A model generated the notes under the pieces. It was not told the DNA's origin, did no database searches, and was given only the letters and a program-made list of their open reading frames with translations. From Yuukianura sp. NJ FZ-2021 (taxonomy: Eukaryota), in assembly GCA_046563655.1 (NCBI GenBank), contig CM102285.1, forward strand, positions 6,882,001 through 6,946,000: a stretch of DNA of 64,000 nucleotides. The letters are read 5' to 3'. Position numbers and translations under genes: made by a program. Below, one piece after another: positions 11,801 to 24,057 of this stretch. Numbering within the stretch: the stretch's first letter is position 1; the number at the start of each line of letters is the position of its first letter.

Positions 11801-12577
11801 AGAAGGAGTATTGGAAACGTGTTGATTGGTAATTGGGACTGAGCATGAACTTGAAGCCATAACATTGATTGGAGCTGATGCAGCACGGCAACCGAAGTCA
11901 TTTGACGCTGGAGCTGGCACAATACAGGAACCGGAGTCATTTGGAGATGGAAATGATTCAATTGCAGCTGGGGTTGAGTTAATGCAGAAACCGGAATCAT
12001 TTGAAACTGGAACTGACTCCTTTGAAGTTGGAGCATAGTCATTTGAAGCTGGAACTGATTCAATACAGGAACCGGGATCATTTGAAGCTGGAACTGACAC
12101 AATACAGGAACCGGGGTCATTTGAAGCTGGAACTGATTCAACACAGGAACTATAGTCGTTTGAAGCTGGAACTGATTCAATACAGGAACCATAGTCGCTT
12201 GAAGCTGGAACTGATTCAATACAGGAGCCGTAGTCATTTGAAGCTGGAACTGATTCAATATAGGAACAATAGTCATTTGAAGCTGGAGCTGATTCAATAC
12301 AGGAACCATAGTCATTTGAAGCTGGAACTGATTCAATACAGGAACCGTAGTCATTTGAAGCTGACGCTGGAATGATGATGAAATCACTTGATGCTGGAAC
12401 GGATGTAATACGGGACCCGGAGGAACTTGATGCTGGAACTGGTGAAGAAACTGCATTCTGGGCTGGAGCTGGTGACACTTTAGAGATTGTTTGCACAGAT
12501 GAAGAATCAGGAGCTGGAGTCAAGGAGATAGATGTTGATTTCATTTTACTTCGATTTTTTAATTTTCGTTGAGTCAT
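8819..12577 (-). CDS. Single-ORF retrotransposon protein (~1252 aa): 13-aa repeats, RFX-like winged helix, reverse transcriptase, Cys/His knuckle, PD-(D/E)xK RLE
   Basis: Uninterrupted ORF (track starts at GTG 12712, first ATG 12577). RT motifs GIRPIAIG, KIDFKNAFN, GVQQGDPIGP, WYLDD; CRCG...HGLSC...RHSRH; RLE KRPDG...VWDVT...AEIQK. Confidence 0.92.
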   Translation of the reverse strand: MTQRKLKNRSKMKSTSISLTPAPDSSSVQTISKVSPAPAQNAVSSPVPASSSSGSRITSVPASSDFIIIPASASNDYGSCIESVPASNDYGSCIESAPASNDYCSYIESVPASNDYGSCIESVPASSDYGSCIESVPASNDYSSCVESVPASNDPGSCIVSVPASNDPGSCIESVPASNDYAPTSKESVPVSNDSGFCINSTPAAIESFPSPNDSGSCIVPAPASNDFGCRAASAPINVMASSSCSVPITNQHVSNTPSLTRTLQNRKITDEWIADNIISSASGSIRKLDVKSKYHQFCNSLNIRPVVDTTFGTKLRKLFPSMSTVRAGGRRHSEQSYSGIAWKDVCSSPARNSTEEDLGSILAKLKQSTHTMKHVPKGARTTAASRLSDFIDEVTSTNSAESWSNLLLFPFFAFRLPKKADRVTNLTSWVKSNICTLSPSSALNVSTLILETSSTPQSNPAIQSHIIQSKLADGDIHGAVRILCSDDSMANEDSSTLDALERLHPPHPVPLQFPDRQQSSEVVFDELELLKSISSFPNGSAGGLDSLRPQVLKELTSKITGDSGQKLLSSITKLANLIINNTIPEVIRPIFYGASLIALQKKKGGIRPIAIGWTWRRIASKLVLSRSMKDIVSYLSPVQIGVGVNNGSEAAAHAARIYVNSPHSSSKVMLKIDFKNAFNLIRRDKMLDSVKSLIPDFYNFIHQAYSSDSNLFYGSSKIKSSLGVQQGDPIGPALFAITIQPLATAIQSEFNVWYLDDSTIADKPEIVLKYLQHITTNAASFGLQLNTQKCEIIVIGGDEMESRAISSSFLSFAPDIRVCNEEDAELLGAPLSKASGRRILKMKTDDFNRLSSKLLALPTHVAFFLLRASISIPRLTYFLRCAPSFLEEDLLKDYDDSLRKVLEKILNISLSENAWIQTSLPVAQGGLGIRQANDCATLCFLASIFSCADLITSFLPGNLSPFDPSYDLATFKWSNDFDFPSNHKVQKEWEILKSSKIYTSLLNNSTTLTDKARLIAAAAAHSGDWLKALPSSQLGTLLSNECFRISCSLRLGTNLCLPHKCRCGATVNEDGLHGLSCPKSAGRHSRHGSINDIIARAFQTAGVPSLKEPPGCSRSDGKRPDGITLIPWNTGRCLVWDVTCRDTYANSYLSISSSSSGYPAALAEIQKHKVYQDLNHQFIVSIIAVETSGVFGAEGLILIRSIGQRLAEVTGELRSTNFLLQRISIAIQRGNSASILGTLPPGKGLDEIFYL
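11978..12361 (-). repeat. 39-bp coding tandem repeat (PASNDYGSCIESV)n, about 9-10 copies
   Basis: Repeated TTTGAAGCTGGAACTGATTCAATACAGGAACC.. on plus strand. Confidence 0.9.
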
Positions 12578-13560
12578 ATTTGTTGCTATGGAGATGAGTT
12601 GAAGGATCCGCTGGTGTTGAAAACTTAGATAGTTGACGGTGACTGGACTTCCAAGTGACAAAACAGGACCGGACAGGCTGAACTGGCAACGTATTTTCTT
12701 GAAACCTGTCACGAGTTGATCAGTAGACGAAGTGCTTTAGGACGATATGAGCAAAAGTTGGGTAGATCACAAATTAATGTCTTAAAAAACTGGAAAATTG
12801 AGGAGCAAAATTTCGTGTTTTCCAAACTTTTGTTTTGGCATAATTGTTAGCAAAATTATTTGGTGGACAATTGAATGGCTTCGCGGAACAATTATTATTG
12901 TTCTCCAGTATGCACAAAATTTGAAATAACAACGCCCATTACCCAGCGTCAAAATAACTGTACAATTTTACATTTGTGGAATAAGTGTTCAACATGCACA
13001 AAATTGAACGTTGTGGAGTAGGGATCGAATATAGCTTCTATAAAATCAAAATCGGTTCAAATAAATGCACCATGTGTTAAATTAAGTGCATAAGTTATAA
13101 ACTCGAATATCCCTTGTTTATAATCAAAATTACGAAAATTTGTTGCAAAAGCAAATTTGAACCCTGCCAATCACTGTTTGCATGTTACGAATTTAAGCCG
13201 GATTTTTACCCTCTAATTAGTCTTAATTTAACAACGTACCTAAACATAATATCAGAAAATGAGAAGATCAAAACTTCGTTGTTTAAATATATTTTGAGTG
13301 CAATGCAGACCTAACACAGAAATTTTGAGGACTTAAGAAACTGCAACGCGAAGCAGCCGCATACTTTGACGTTGTTAACTTAACACTTTGAGTGCAATGT
13401 AGTGGTAGAGAAAACACTTGAGCCATAGATAACCCCCCGACTGCGATGGGGCTTATGTTTCAATGGAAAGAATCCTAAAAAAGGTGACAGACAGACGGAC
13501 AGACAAAGTCGTATCAATAGTCTTCTTCAGCACGTCGTAGACGTGCGTCTCCAGAAGACT

Positions 13561-14007
13561 AAAATTGCCATATCTCGCGTATTTTCGCTATAAAAGCCGA
13601 GCGATATAATAGTTCACGACTGCCTCGTTTGAGCATTCTGATTTTTTAAATTTTAAATTTTTCTGAGTACCGGTGTTGCCCGCCTGATATATTCCTATAG
13701 CCTCAAATTTTTATCAACGTTTTTCCGTTGCACTCAAGTTGACAAATAGAAAGGGTCTTATATTACTAATTATGGCCCTAACCAAAAATTGCCATATCTC
13801 GCGTATTTTCGCTATAAAAGCCTAGCGATATAAGAGTTCACGACTGCCTCGTTTGAGCATTCTGATTTTTTAAATTTTGAATGTTTCTGTATACCGGTGT
13901 TGCCCGCCTGATATATTCCTATAGCCTCAAATTTTTATCAACGTTTTTCCGTTGCACTCAAGTTGACAAATAGATAGGGTCTTATATTACTAATTATGGC
14001 CCTAACC
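13561..14007. repeat. 224-bp satellite, 2 units
   Basis: Period 224. Confidence 0.95.
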
Positions 14008-14010
14008 AAA

Positions 14011-15033
14011 CAAGGTAGGGCAATGCTCAAGGGTTGAGCATAGGTCTTCTGGAGGGAGTTGGCAATTGATACGACTTTTAGACCAGCTGTCCACAAACCC
14101 GTTGAAGAAAAACGTCAAGAAACCGTTTTCACGGGATTTATGCAACGAAACGTCGCTCATAACTTTCAGTGCAGATGTGGGGCCTTTTTGTGCACAATTG
14201 CAGCAAAATGTGAAAAAACCGTTTGCATAAGAATGTTGTTCAGCTTTAGCCCTGAACCGTTTTCACTCTCCTGAAAATTATTTTGGTTCACAACATTTCT
14301 GCATCAAACTGTTAGCAAAATTATTTGGTGGACAATTGAATGGCTTCGCGGAACAATTATTATTGTTCTCCAGTATGCACAAAATTTGAAATAACAACGC
14401 CCATTACCCAGCGTCAAAATAACTGTACAATTTTACATTTGTGGAATAAGTGTTCAACATGCACAAAATTGAACGTTGTGGAGTAGGGATCGAATATAGC
14501 TTCTATAAAATCAAAATCGGTTCAAATAAATGCACCATGTGTTAAATTAAGTGCATAAGTTATAAACTCGAATATCCCTTGTTTATAATCAAAATTACGA
14601 AAATTTGTTGCAAAAGCAAATTTGAACCCTGCCAATCACTGTTTGCATGTTACGAATTTAAGCCGGATTTTTACCCTCTAATTAGTCTTAATTTAACAAC
14701 GTACCTAAACATAATATCAGAAAATGAGAAGATCAAAACTTCGTTGTTTAAATATATTTTGAGTGCAATGCAGACCTAACACAGAAATTTTGAGGACTTA
14801 AGAAACTGCAACGCGAAGCAGCCGCATACTTTGACGTTGTTAACTTAACACTTTGAGTGCAATGTAGTGGTAGAGAAAACACTTGAGCCATAGATAACCC
14901 CCCGACTGCGATGGGGCTTATGTTTCAATAGAAAGAATCCTAAAAAAGGTGACAGACAGACAGACAGACGGACAGACAAAGTCGTATCAATAGTCTTCTT
15001 CAGCACGTCGTAGACGTGCGTCTCCAGAAGACT
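14011..15033 (-). mobile_element. HINE family A, copy 5 (intact)
   Basis: Both subTIRs, 5' double stem, GTCY microsatellite and 3' stem-loop present. Confidence 0.9.
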
Positions 15034-18000
15034 AAAATTGCCATATCTCGCGTATTTTCGCTATAAAAGCCGAGCGATATAAGAGTTCACGACTGCCTCG
15101 TTTGAGCATTCTGATTTTTTAAATTTTAAATTTTTCTGAGTACCGGTGTTGCCCGCCTGATATATTCCTATAGCCTCAAATTTTTATCAACGTTTTTCCG
15201 TTGCACTCAAGTTGACAAATAGAAAGGGTCTTATATTACTAATTATGGCCCTAACCAAAAATTGCCATATCTCGCGTATTTTCGCTATAAAAGCCGAGCG
15301 ATATAAGAGTTCACGACTGCCTCGTTTGAGCATTCTGATTTTTTAAATTTTAAATTTTTCTGAGTACCGGTGTTGCCCGCCTGATATATTCCTATAGCCT
15401 CAAATTTTTATCAACGTTTTTCCGTTGCACTCAAGTTGACAAATAGAAAGGGTCTTATATTACTAATTATGGCCCTAACCAAAAATTGCCATATCTCGCG
15501 TATTTTCGCTATAAAAGCCGAGCGATATAAGAGTTCACGACTGCCTCGTTTGAGCATTCTGATTTTTTAAATTTTAAATTTTTCTGAGTACCGGTGTTGC
15601 CCGCCTGATATATTCCTATAGCCTCAAATTTTTATCAACGTTTTTCCGTTGCACTCAAGTTGACAAATAGAAAGGGTCTTATATTACTAATTATGGCCCT
15701 AACCAAAAATTGCCATATCTCGCGAATTTTCGCTATAAAAGCCGAGCGATATAAGAGTTCACGACTGCCTCGTTTGAGCATTCTGATTTTTTAAATTTTA
15801 AATTTTTCTGAGTACAGGTGTTGCCCACCTGATATATTCCTATAGCCTCAAATTTTTATCAACGTTTTTCCGTTGCACTCAAGTTGACAAATAGAAAGGG
15901 TCTTATATTACTAATTATGGCCCTAACCAAAAATTGCCATATCTCGCGTATTTTCCCTATAAAAGCCGAGCGATATAAGAGTTCACGACTGCCTCGTTTG
16001 AGCATTCTGATTTTTTAAATTTTGAATTTTTCTGAGTACCGGTGTTGCCCGCCTGATATATTCCTATAGCCTCAAATTTTTATCAACGTTTTTCCGTTGC
16101 ACTCAAGTTGACAAATAGAAAGGGTCTTATATTACTAATTATGGCCCTAACCAAAAATTGCCATATCTCGCGTATTTTCGCTATAAAAGCCGAGCGATAT
16201 AAGAGTTCACGACTGCCTCGTTTGAGCATTCTGATTTTTTAAATTTTAAATTTTTCTGAGTACCGGTGTTGCCCGCCTGATATATTCCTATAGCCTCAAA
16301 TTTTTATCAACGTTTTTCCGTTGCACTCAAGTTGACAAATAGAAAGGGTCTTATATTACTAATTATGGCCCTAACCAAAAATTGCCATATCTCGCGTATT
16401 TTCGCTATAAAAGCAGAGCGATATAAGAGTTCACGACTGCCTCGTTTGAGCATTCTGATTTTTTAAATTTTAAATTTTTCTGAGTACCGGTGTTGCCCGC
16501 CTGATATATTCCTATAGCCTCAAATTTTTATCAACGTTTTTCCGTTGCACTCAAGTTGACAAATAGAAAGGGTCTTATATTACTAATTATGGCCCTAACC
16601 AAAAATTGCCATATCTCGCGTATTTTCGCTATAAAAGCCGAGCGATATAAGAGTTCACGACTGCCTCGTTTGAGCATTCTGATTTTTTAAATTTTAAATT
16701 TTTCTGAGTACCGGTGTTGCCCGCCTGATATATTCCTATAGCCTCAAATTTTTATCAACGTTTTTCCGTTGCACTCAAGTTGACAAATAGAAAGGGTCTT
16801 ATATTACTAATTATGGCCCTAACCAAAAATTGCCATATCTCGCGTATTTTCGCTATAAAAGCAGAGCGATATAAGAGTTCACGACTGCCTCGTTTGAGCA
16901 TTCTGATTTTTTAAATTTTAAATTTTTCTGAGTACCGGTGTTGCCCGCCTGATATATTCCTATAGCCTCAAATTTTTATCAACGTTTTTCCGTTGCACTC
17001 AAGTTGACAAATAGAAAGGGTCTTATATTACTAATTATGGCCCTAACCAAAAATTGCCATATCTCGCGTATTTTCGCTATAAAAGCCGAGCGATATAAGA
17101 GTTCACGACTGCCTCGTTTGAGCATTCTGATTTTTTAAATTTTAAATTTTTCTGAGTACCGGTGTTGCCCGCCTGATATATTCCTATAGCCTCAAATTTT
17201 TATCAACGTTTTTCCGTTGCACTCAAGTTGACAAATAGAAAGGGTCTTATATTACTAATTATGGCCCTAACCAAAAATTGCCATATCTCGCGTATTTTCC
17301 CTATAAAAGCCGAGCGATATAAGAGTTCACGACTGCCTCGTTTGAGCATTCTGATTTTTTAAATTTTGAATTTTTCTGAGTACCGGTGTTGCCCGCCTGA
17401 TATATTCCTATAGCCTCAAATTTTTATCAACGTTTTTCCGTTGCACTCAAGTTGACAAATAGAAAGGGTCTTATATTACTAATTATGGCCCTAACCAAAA
17501 ATTGCCATATCTCGCGTATTTTCGCTATAAAAGCCGAGCGATATAAGAGTTCACGACTGCCTCGTTTGAGCATTCTGATTTTTTAAATTTTAAATTTTTC
17601 TGAGTACCGGTGTTGCCCGCCTGATATATTCCTATAGCCTCAAATTTTTATCAACGTTTTTCCGTTGCACTCAAGTTGACAAATAGAAAGGGTCTTATAT
17701 TACTAATTATGGCCCTAACCAAAAATTGCCATATCTCGCGTATTTTCGCTATAAAAGCAGAGCGATATAAGAGTTCACGACTGCCTCGTTTGAGCATTCT
17801 GATTTTTTAAATTTTAAATTTTTCTGAGTACCGGTGTTGCCCGCCTGATATATTCCTATAGCCTCAAATTTTTATCAACGTTTTTCCGTTGCACTCAAGT
17901 TGACAAATAGAAAGGGTCTTATATTACTAATTATGGCCCTAACCAAAAATTGCCATATCTCGCGAATTTTCGCTATAAAAGCCGAGCGATATAAGAGTTC

Positions 18001-21000
18001 ACGACTGCCTCGTTTGAGCATTCTGATTTTTTAAATTTTAAATTTTTCTGAGTACCGGTGTTGCCCGCCTGATATATTCCTATAGCCTCAAATTTTTATC
18101 AACGTTTTTCCGTTGCACTCAAGTTGACAAATAGAAAGGGTCTTATATTACTAATTATGGCCCTAACCAAAAATTGCCATATCTCGCGTATTTTCCCTAT
18201 AAAAGCCGAGCGATATAAGAGTTCACGACTGCCTCGTTTGAGCATTCTGATTTTTTAAATTTTAAATTTTTCTGAGTACCGGTGTTGCCCGCCTGATATA
18301 TTCCTATAGCCTCAAATTTTTATCAACGTTTTTCCGTTGCACTCAAGTTGACAAATAGAAAGGGTCTTATATTACTAATTATGGCCCTAACCAAAAATTG
18401 CCATATCTCGCGTATTTTCGCTATAAAAGCCGAGCGATATAAGAGTTCACGACTGCCTCGTTTGAGCATTCTGATTTTTTAAATTTTAAATTTTTCTGAG
18501 TACCGGTGTTGCCCGCCTGATATATTCCTATAGCCTCAAATTTTTATCAACGTTTTTCCGTTGCACTCAAGTTGACAAATAGAAAGGGTCTTATATTACT
18601 AATTATGGCCCTAACCAAAAATTGCCATATCTCGCGAATTTTCGCTATAAAAGCCGAGCGATATAAGAGTTCACGACTGCCTCGTTTGAGCATTCTGATT
18701 TTTTAAATTTTAAATTTTTCTGAGTACAGGTGTTGCCCACCTGATATATTCCTATAGCCTCAAATTTTTATCAACGTTTTTCCGTTGCACTCAAGTTGAC
18801 AAATAGAAAGGGTCTTATATTACTAATTATGGCCCTAACCAAAAATTGCCATATCTCGCGTATTTTCCCTATAAAAGCCGAGCGATATAAGAGTTCACGA
18901 CTGCCTCGTTTGAGCATTCTGATTTTTTAAATTTTGAATTTTTCTGAGTACCGGTGTTGCCCGCCTGATATATTCCTATAGCCTCAAATTTTTATCAACG
19001 TTTTTCCGTTGCACTCAAGTTGACAAATAGAAAGGGTCTTATATTACTAATTATGGCCCTAACCAAAAATTGCCATATCTCGCGTATTTTCGCTATAAAA
19101 GCCGAGCGATATAAGAGTTCACGACTGCCTCGTTTGAGCATTCTGATTTTTTAAATTTTAAATTTTTCTGAGTACCGGTGTTGCCCGCCTGATATATTCC
19201 TATAGCCTCAAATTTTTATCAACGTTTTTCCGTTGCACTCAAGTTGACAAATAGAAAGGGTCTTATATTACTAATTATGGCCCTAACCAAAAATTGCCAT
19301 ATCTCGCGTATTTTCGCTATAAAAGCAGAGCGATATAAGAGTTCACGACTGCCTCGTTTGAGCATTCTGATTTTTTAAATTTTAAATTTTTCTGAGTACC
19401 GGTGTTGCCCGCCTGATATATTCCTATAGCCTCAAATTTTTATCAACGTTTTTCCGTTGCACTCAAGTTGACAAATAGAAAGGGTCTTATATTACTAATT
19501 ATGGCCCTAACCAAAAATTGCCATATCTCGCGAATTTTCGCTATAAAAGCCGAGCGATATAAGAGTTCACGACTGCCTCGTTTGAGCATTCTGATTTTTT
19601 AAATTTTAAATTTTTCTGAGTACCGGTGTTGCCCGCCTGATATATTCCTATAGCCTCAAATTTTTATCAACGTTTTTCCGTTGCACTCAAGTTGACAAAT
19701 AGAAAGGGTCTTATATTACTAATTATGGCCCTAACCAAAAATTGCCATATCTCGCGTATTTTCCCTATAAAAGCCGAGCGATATAAGAGTTCACGACTGC
19801 CTCGTTTGAGCATTCTGATTTTTTAAATTTTAAATTTTTCTGAGTACCGGTGTTGCCCGCCTGATATATTCCTATAGCCTCAAATTTTTATCAACGTTTT
19901 TCCGTTGCACTCAAGTTGACAAATAGAAAGGGTCTTATATTACTAATTATGGCCCTAACCAAAAATTGCCATATCTCGCGTATTTTCGCTATAAAAGCCG
20001 AGCGATATAAGAGTTCACGACTGCCTCGTTTGAGCATTCTGATTTTTTAAATTTTAAATTTTTCTGAGTACCGGTGTTGCCCGCCTGATATATTCCTATA
20101 GCCTCAAATTTTTATCAACGTTTTTCCGTTGCACTCAAGTTGACAAATAGAAAGGGTCTTATATTACTAATTATGGCCCTAACCAAAAATTGCCATATCT
20201 CGCGAATTTTCGCTATAAAAGCCGAGCGATATAAGAGTTCACGACTGCCTCGTTTGAGCATTCTGATTTTTTAAATTTTAAATTTTTCTGAGTACCGGTG
20301 TTGCCCGCCTGATATATTCCTATAGCCTCAAATTTTTATCAACGTTTTTCCGTTGCACTCAAGTTGACAAATAGAAAGGGTCTTATATTACTAATTATGG
20401 CCCTAACCAAAATTTTTCTGAGTACAGGTGTTGCCCACCTGATATATTCCTATAGCCTCAAATTTTTATCAACGTTTTTCCGTTGCACTCAAGTTGACAA
20501 ATAGAAAGGGTCTTATATTACTAATTATGGCCCTAACCAAAAATTGCCATATCTCGCGTATTTTCCCTATAAAAGCCGAGCGATATAAGAGTTCACGACT
20601 GCCTCGTTTGAGCATTCTGATTTTTTAAATTTTGAATTTTTCTGAGTACCGGTGTTGCCCGCCTGATATATTCCTATAGCCTCAAATTTTTATCAACGTT
20701 TTTCCGTTGCACTCAAGTTGACAAATAGAAAGGGTCTTATATTACTAATTATGGCCCTAACCAAAAATTGCCATATCTCGCGTATTTTCGCTATAAAAGC
20801 CGAGCGATATAAGAGTTCACGACTGCCTCGTTTGAGCATTCTGATTTTTTAAATTTTAAATTTTTCTGAGTACCGGTGTTGCCCGCCTGATATATTCCTA
20901 TAGCCTCAAATTTTTATCAACGTTTTTCCGTTGCACTCAAGTTGACAAATAGAAAGGGTCTTATATTACTAATTATGGCCCTAACCAAAAATTGCCATAT

Positions 21001-23897
21001 CTCGCGTATTTTCGCTATAAAAGCCGAGCGATATAAGAGTTCACGACTGCCTCGTTTGAGCATTCTGATTTTTTAAATTTTAAATTTTTCTGAGTACCGG
21101 TGTTGCCCGCCTGATATATTCCTATAGCCTCAAATTTTTATCAACGTTTTTCCGTTGCACTCAAGTTGACAAATAGAAAGGGTCTTATATTACTAATTAT
21201 GGCCCTAACCAAAAATTGCCATATCTCGCGAATTTTCGCTATAAAAGCCGAGCGATATAAGAGTTCACGACTGCCTCGTTTGAGCATTCTGATTTTTTAA
21301 ATTTTAAATTTTTCTGAGTACCGGTGTTGCCCGCCTGATATATTCCTATAGCCTCAAATTTTTATCAACGTTTTTCCGTTGCACTCAAGTTGACAAATAG
21401 AAAGGGTCTTATATTACTAATTATGGCCCTAACCAAAAATTGCCATATCTCGCGTATTTTCCCTATAAAAGCCGAGCGATATAAGAGTTCACGACTGCCT
21501 CGTTTGAGCATTCTGATTTTTTAAATTTTAAATTTTTCTGAGTACCGGTGTTGCCCGCCTGATATATTCCTATAGCCTCAAATTTTTATCAACGTTTTTC
21601 CGTTGCACTCAAGTTGACAAATAGAAAGGGTCTTATATTACTAATTATGGCCCTAACCAAAAATTGCCATATCTCGCGTATTTTCGCTATAAAAGCCGAG
21701 CGATATAAGAGTTCACGACTGCCTCGTTTGAGCATTCTGATTTTTTAAATTTTAAATTTTTCTGAGTACCGGTGTTGCCCGCCTGATATATTCCTATAGC
21801 CTCAAATTTTTATCAACGTTTTTCCGTTGCACTCAAGTTGACAAATAGAAAGGGTCTTATATTACTAATTATGGCCCTAACCAAAAATTGCCATATCTCG
21901 CGAATTTTCGCTATAAAAGCCGAGCGATATAAGAGTTCACGACTGCCTCGTTTGAGCATTCTGATTTTTTAAATTTTAAATTTTTCTGAGTACCGGTGTT
22001 GCCCGCCTGATATATTCCTATAGCCTCAAATTTTTATCAACGTTTTTCCGTTGCACTCAAGTTGACAAATAGAAAGGGTCTTATATTACTAATTATGGCC
22101 CTAACCAAAAATTGCCATATCTCGCGTATTTTCGCTATAAAAGCCGAGCGATATAAGAGTTCACGACTGCCTCGTTTGAGCATTCTGATTTTTTAAATTT
22201 TAAATTTTTCTGAGTACCGGTGTTGCCCGCCTGATATATTCCTATAGCCTCAAATTTTTATCAACGTTTTTCCGTTGCACTCAAGTTGACAAATAGAAAG
22301 GGTCTTATATTACTAATTATGGCCCTAACCAAAAATTGCCATATCTCGCGAATTTTCGCTATAAAAGCCGAGCGATATAAGAGTTCACGACTGCCTCGTT
22401 TGAGCATTCTGATTTTTTAAATTTTAAATTTTTCTGAGTACAGGTGTTGCCCACCTGATATATTCCTATAGCCTCAAATTTTTATCAACGTTTTTCCGTT
22501 GCACTCAAGTTGACAAATAGAAAGGGTCTTATATTACTAATTATGGCCCTAACCAAAAATTGCCATATCTCGCGTATTTTCCCTATAAAAGCCGAGCGAT
22601 ATAAGAGTTCACGACTGCCTCGTTTGAGCATTCTGATTTTTTAAATTTTGAATTTTTCTGAGTACCGGTGTTGCCCGCCTGATATATTCCTATAGCCTCA
22701 AATTTTTATCAACGTTTTTCCGTTGCACTCAAGTTGACAAATAGAAAGGGTCTTATATTACTAATTATGGCCCTAACCAAAAATTGCCATATCTCGCGTA
22801 TTTTCGCTATAAAAGCCGAGCGATATAAGAGTTCACGACTGCCTCGTTTGAGCATTCTGATTTTTTAAATTTTAAATTTTTCTGAGTACCGGTGTTGCCC
22901 GCCTGATATATTCCTATAGCCTCAAATTTTTATCAACGTTTTTCCGTTGCACTCAAGTTGACAAATAGAAAGGGTCTTATATTACTAATTATGGCCCTAA
23001 CCAAAAATTGCCATATCTCGCGTATTTTCGCTATAAAAGCCGAGCGATATAAGAGTTCACGACTGCCTCGTTTGAGCATTCTGATTTTTTAAATTTTAAA
23101 TTTTTCTGAGTACCGGTGTTGCCCGCCTGATATATTCCTATAGCCTCAAATTTTTATCAACGTTTTTCCGTTGCACTCAAGTTGACAAATAGAAAGGGTC
23201 TTATATTACTAATTATGGCCCTAACCAAAAATTGCCATATCTCGCGTATTTTCCCTATAAAAGCCGAGCGATATGAGAGTTCACGACTGCCTCGTTTGAG
23301 CATTCTGATTTTTTAAATTTTGAATTTTTCTGAGTACCGGTGTTGCCCGCCTGATATATTCCTATAGCCTCAAATTTCTATCAACGTTTTTCCGTTGCAC
23401 TCAAGTTGACAAATAGAAAGGGTCTTATATTACTAATTATGGCCCTAACCAAAAATTGCCATATCTCGCGTATTTTCCTATAAAAGCCGAGCGATATAAG
23501 AGTTCACGACTGCCTCGTTTGAGCATTCTGATTTTTTAAATTTTGAATTTTTCTGAGTACCGGTGTTGCCCGCCTGATATATTCCTATAGCCTCAAATTT
23601 TTATCAACGTTTTTCCGTTGCACACAAGTTGACAAATAGAAAGGGTCTTATATTACTAATTATGGCCCTAACCAAAAATTGCCATATCTCGCGTATTTTC
23701 CCTATAAAAGCCGAGCGATATAAGAGTTCACGACTGCCTCGTTTGAGCATTCTGATTTTTTAAATTTTGAATTTTTCTGAGTACCGGTGTTGCCCGCCTG
23801 ATATATTCCTATAGCCTCAAATTTTTATCAACGTTTTTCCGTTGCACTCAAGTTGACAAATAGAAAGGGTCTTATATTACTAATTATGGCCCTAACC
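15034..23897. repeat. 224-bp tandem satellite, 40 units (one internally deleted at ~20410), with higher-order variant pattern
   Basis: TTGCCATATC recurs at 15038, 15262, 15486, 15710...; units differ at only a handful of diagnostic sites. Confidence 0.97.
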
Positions 23898-24057
23898 AAA
23901 CAAGGTAGGGCAATGCTCAAGGGTTGAGCATAGGTCTTCTGGATCGAGTTGACAATTGATACGACCTTCAAAATAACGGCGACGATGAGAAAAGGAATTC
24001 CACTGAAATTTTATTTCAAACATACAAGAAAGATAAACTAAGGAATAGGCATTTTAA

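Larger units (their letters stand above)
8733..12844 (-). mobile_element. CRE-clade-like non-LTR retrotransposon (RT + restriction-like endonuclease), apparently full-length
   Basis: TSD TGTTAGCAAAATT at 8720-8732 and 12845-12857; AATAAA (minus, 8748-8753) and short poly(A) (T run 8731-8738); empty site visible in copy 5. Confidence 0.93.
8421..13560 (-). mobile_element. HINE family A, copy 4 (split by the CRE-like retrotransposon)
   Basis: 8421-8732 plus 12858-13560 is nearly identical to intact copy 5 (14011-15033). Confidence 0.9.

Noticed and set aside
10032..12572. Antisense and alternative-frame ORFs over the retrotransposon
   Set aside because: Shadows of the main ORF and of its 39-bp repeat
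4879..14779. Repeated short ORFs (4879, 8469, 13114, 14059, 14579)
   Set aside because: Chance ORFs inside non-coding HINE copies, starting at non-ATG codons
15034..15257. 224-bp unit as a tRNA, 5S, snRNA or spliced-leader gene
   Set aside because: No cloverleaf or recognisable RNA family by eye; GAGTTCACGAC does not fit the B-box consensus. An Rfam/Infernal search would be needed to exclude it fully
3031..23897. CRISPR-like array (conserved units alternating with variable inserts)
   Set aside because: Units are 224 bp and mostly adjacent, inserts are homologous ~1-kb transposons, there are no cas genes, and the context is eukaryotic
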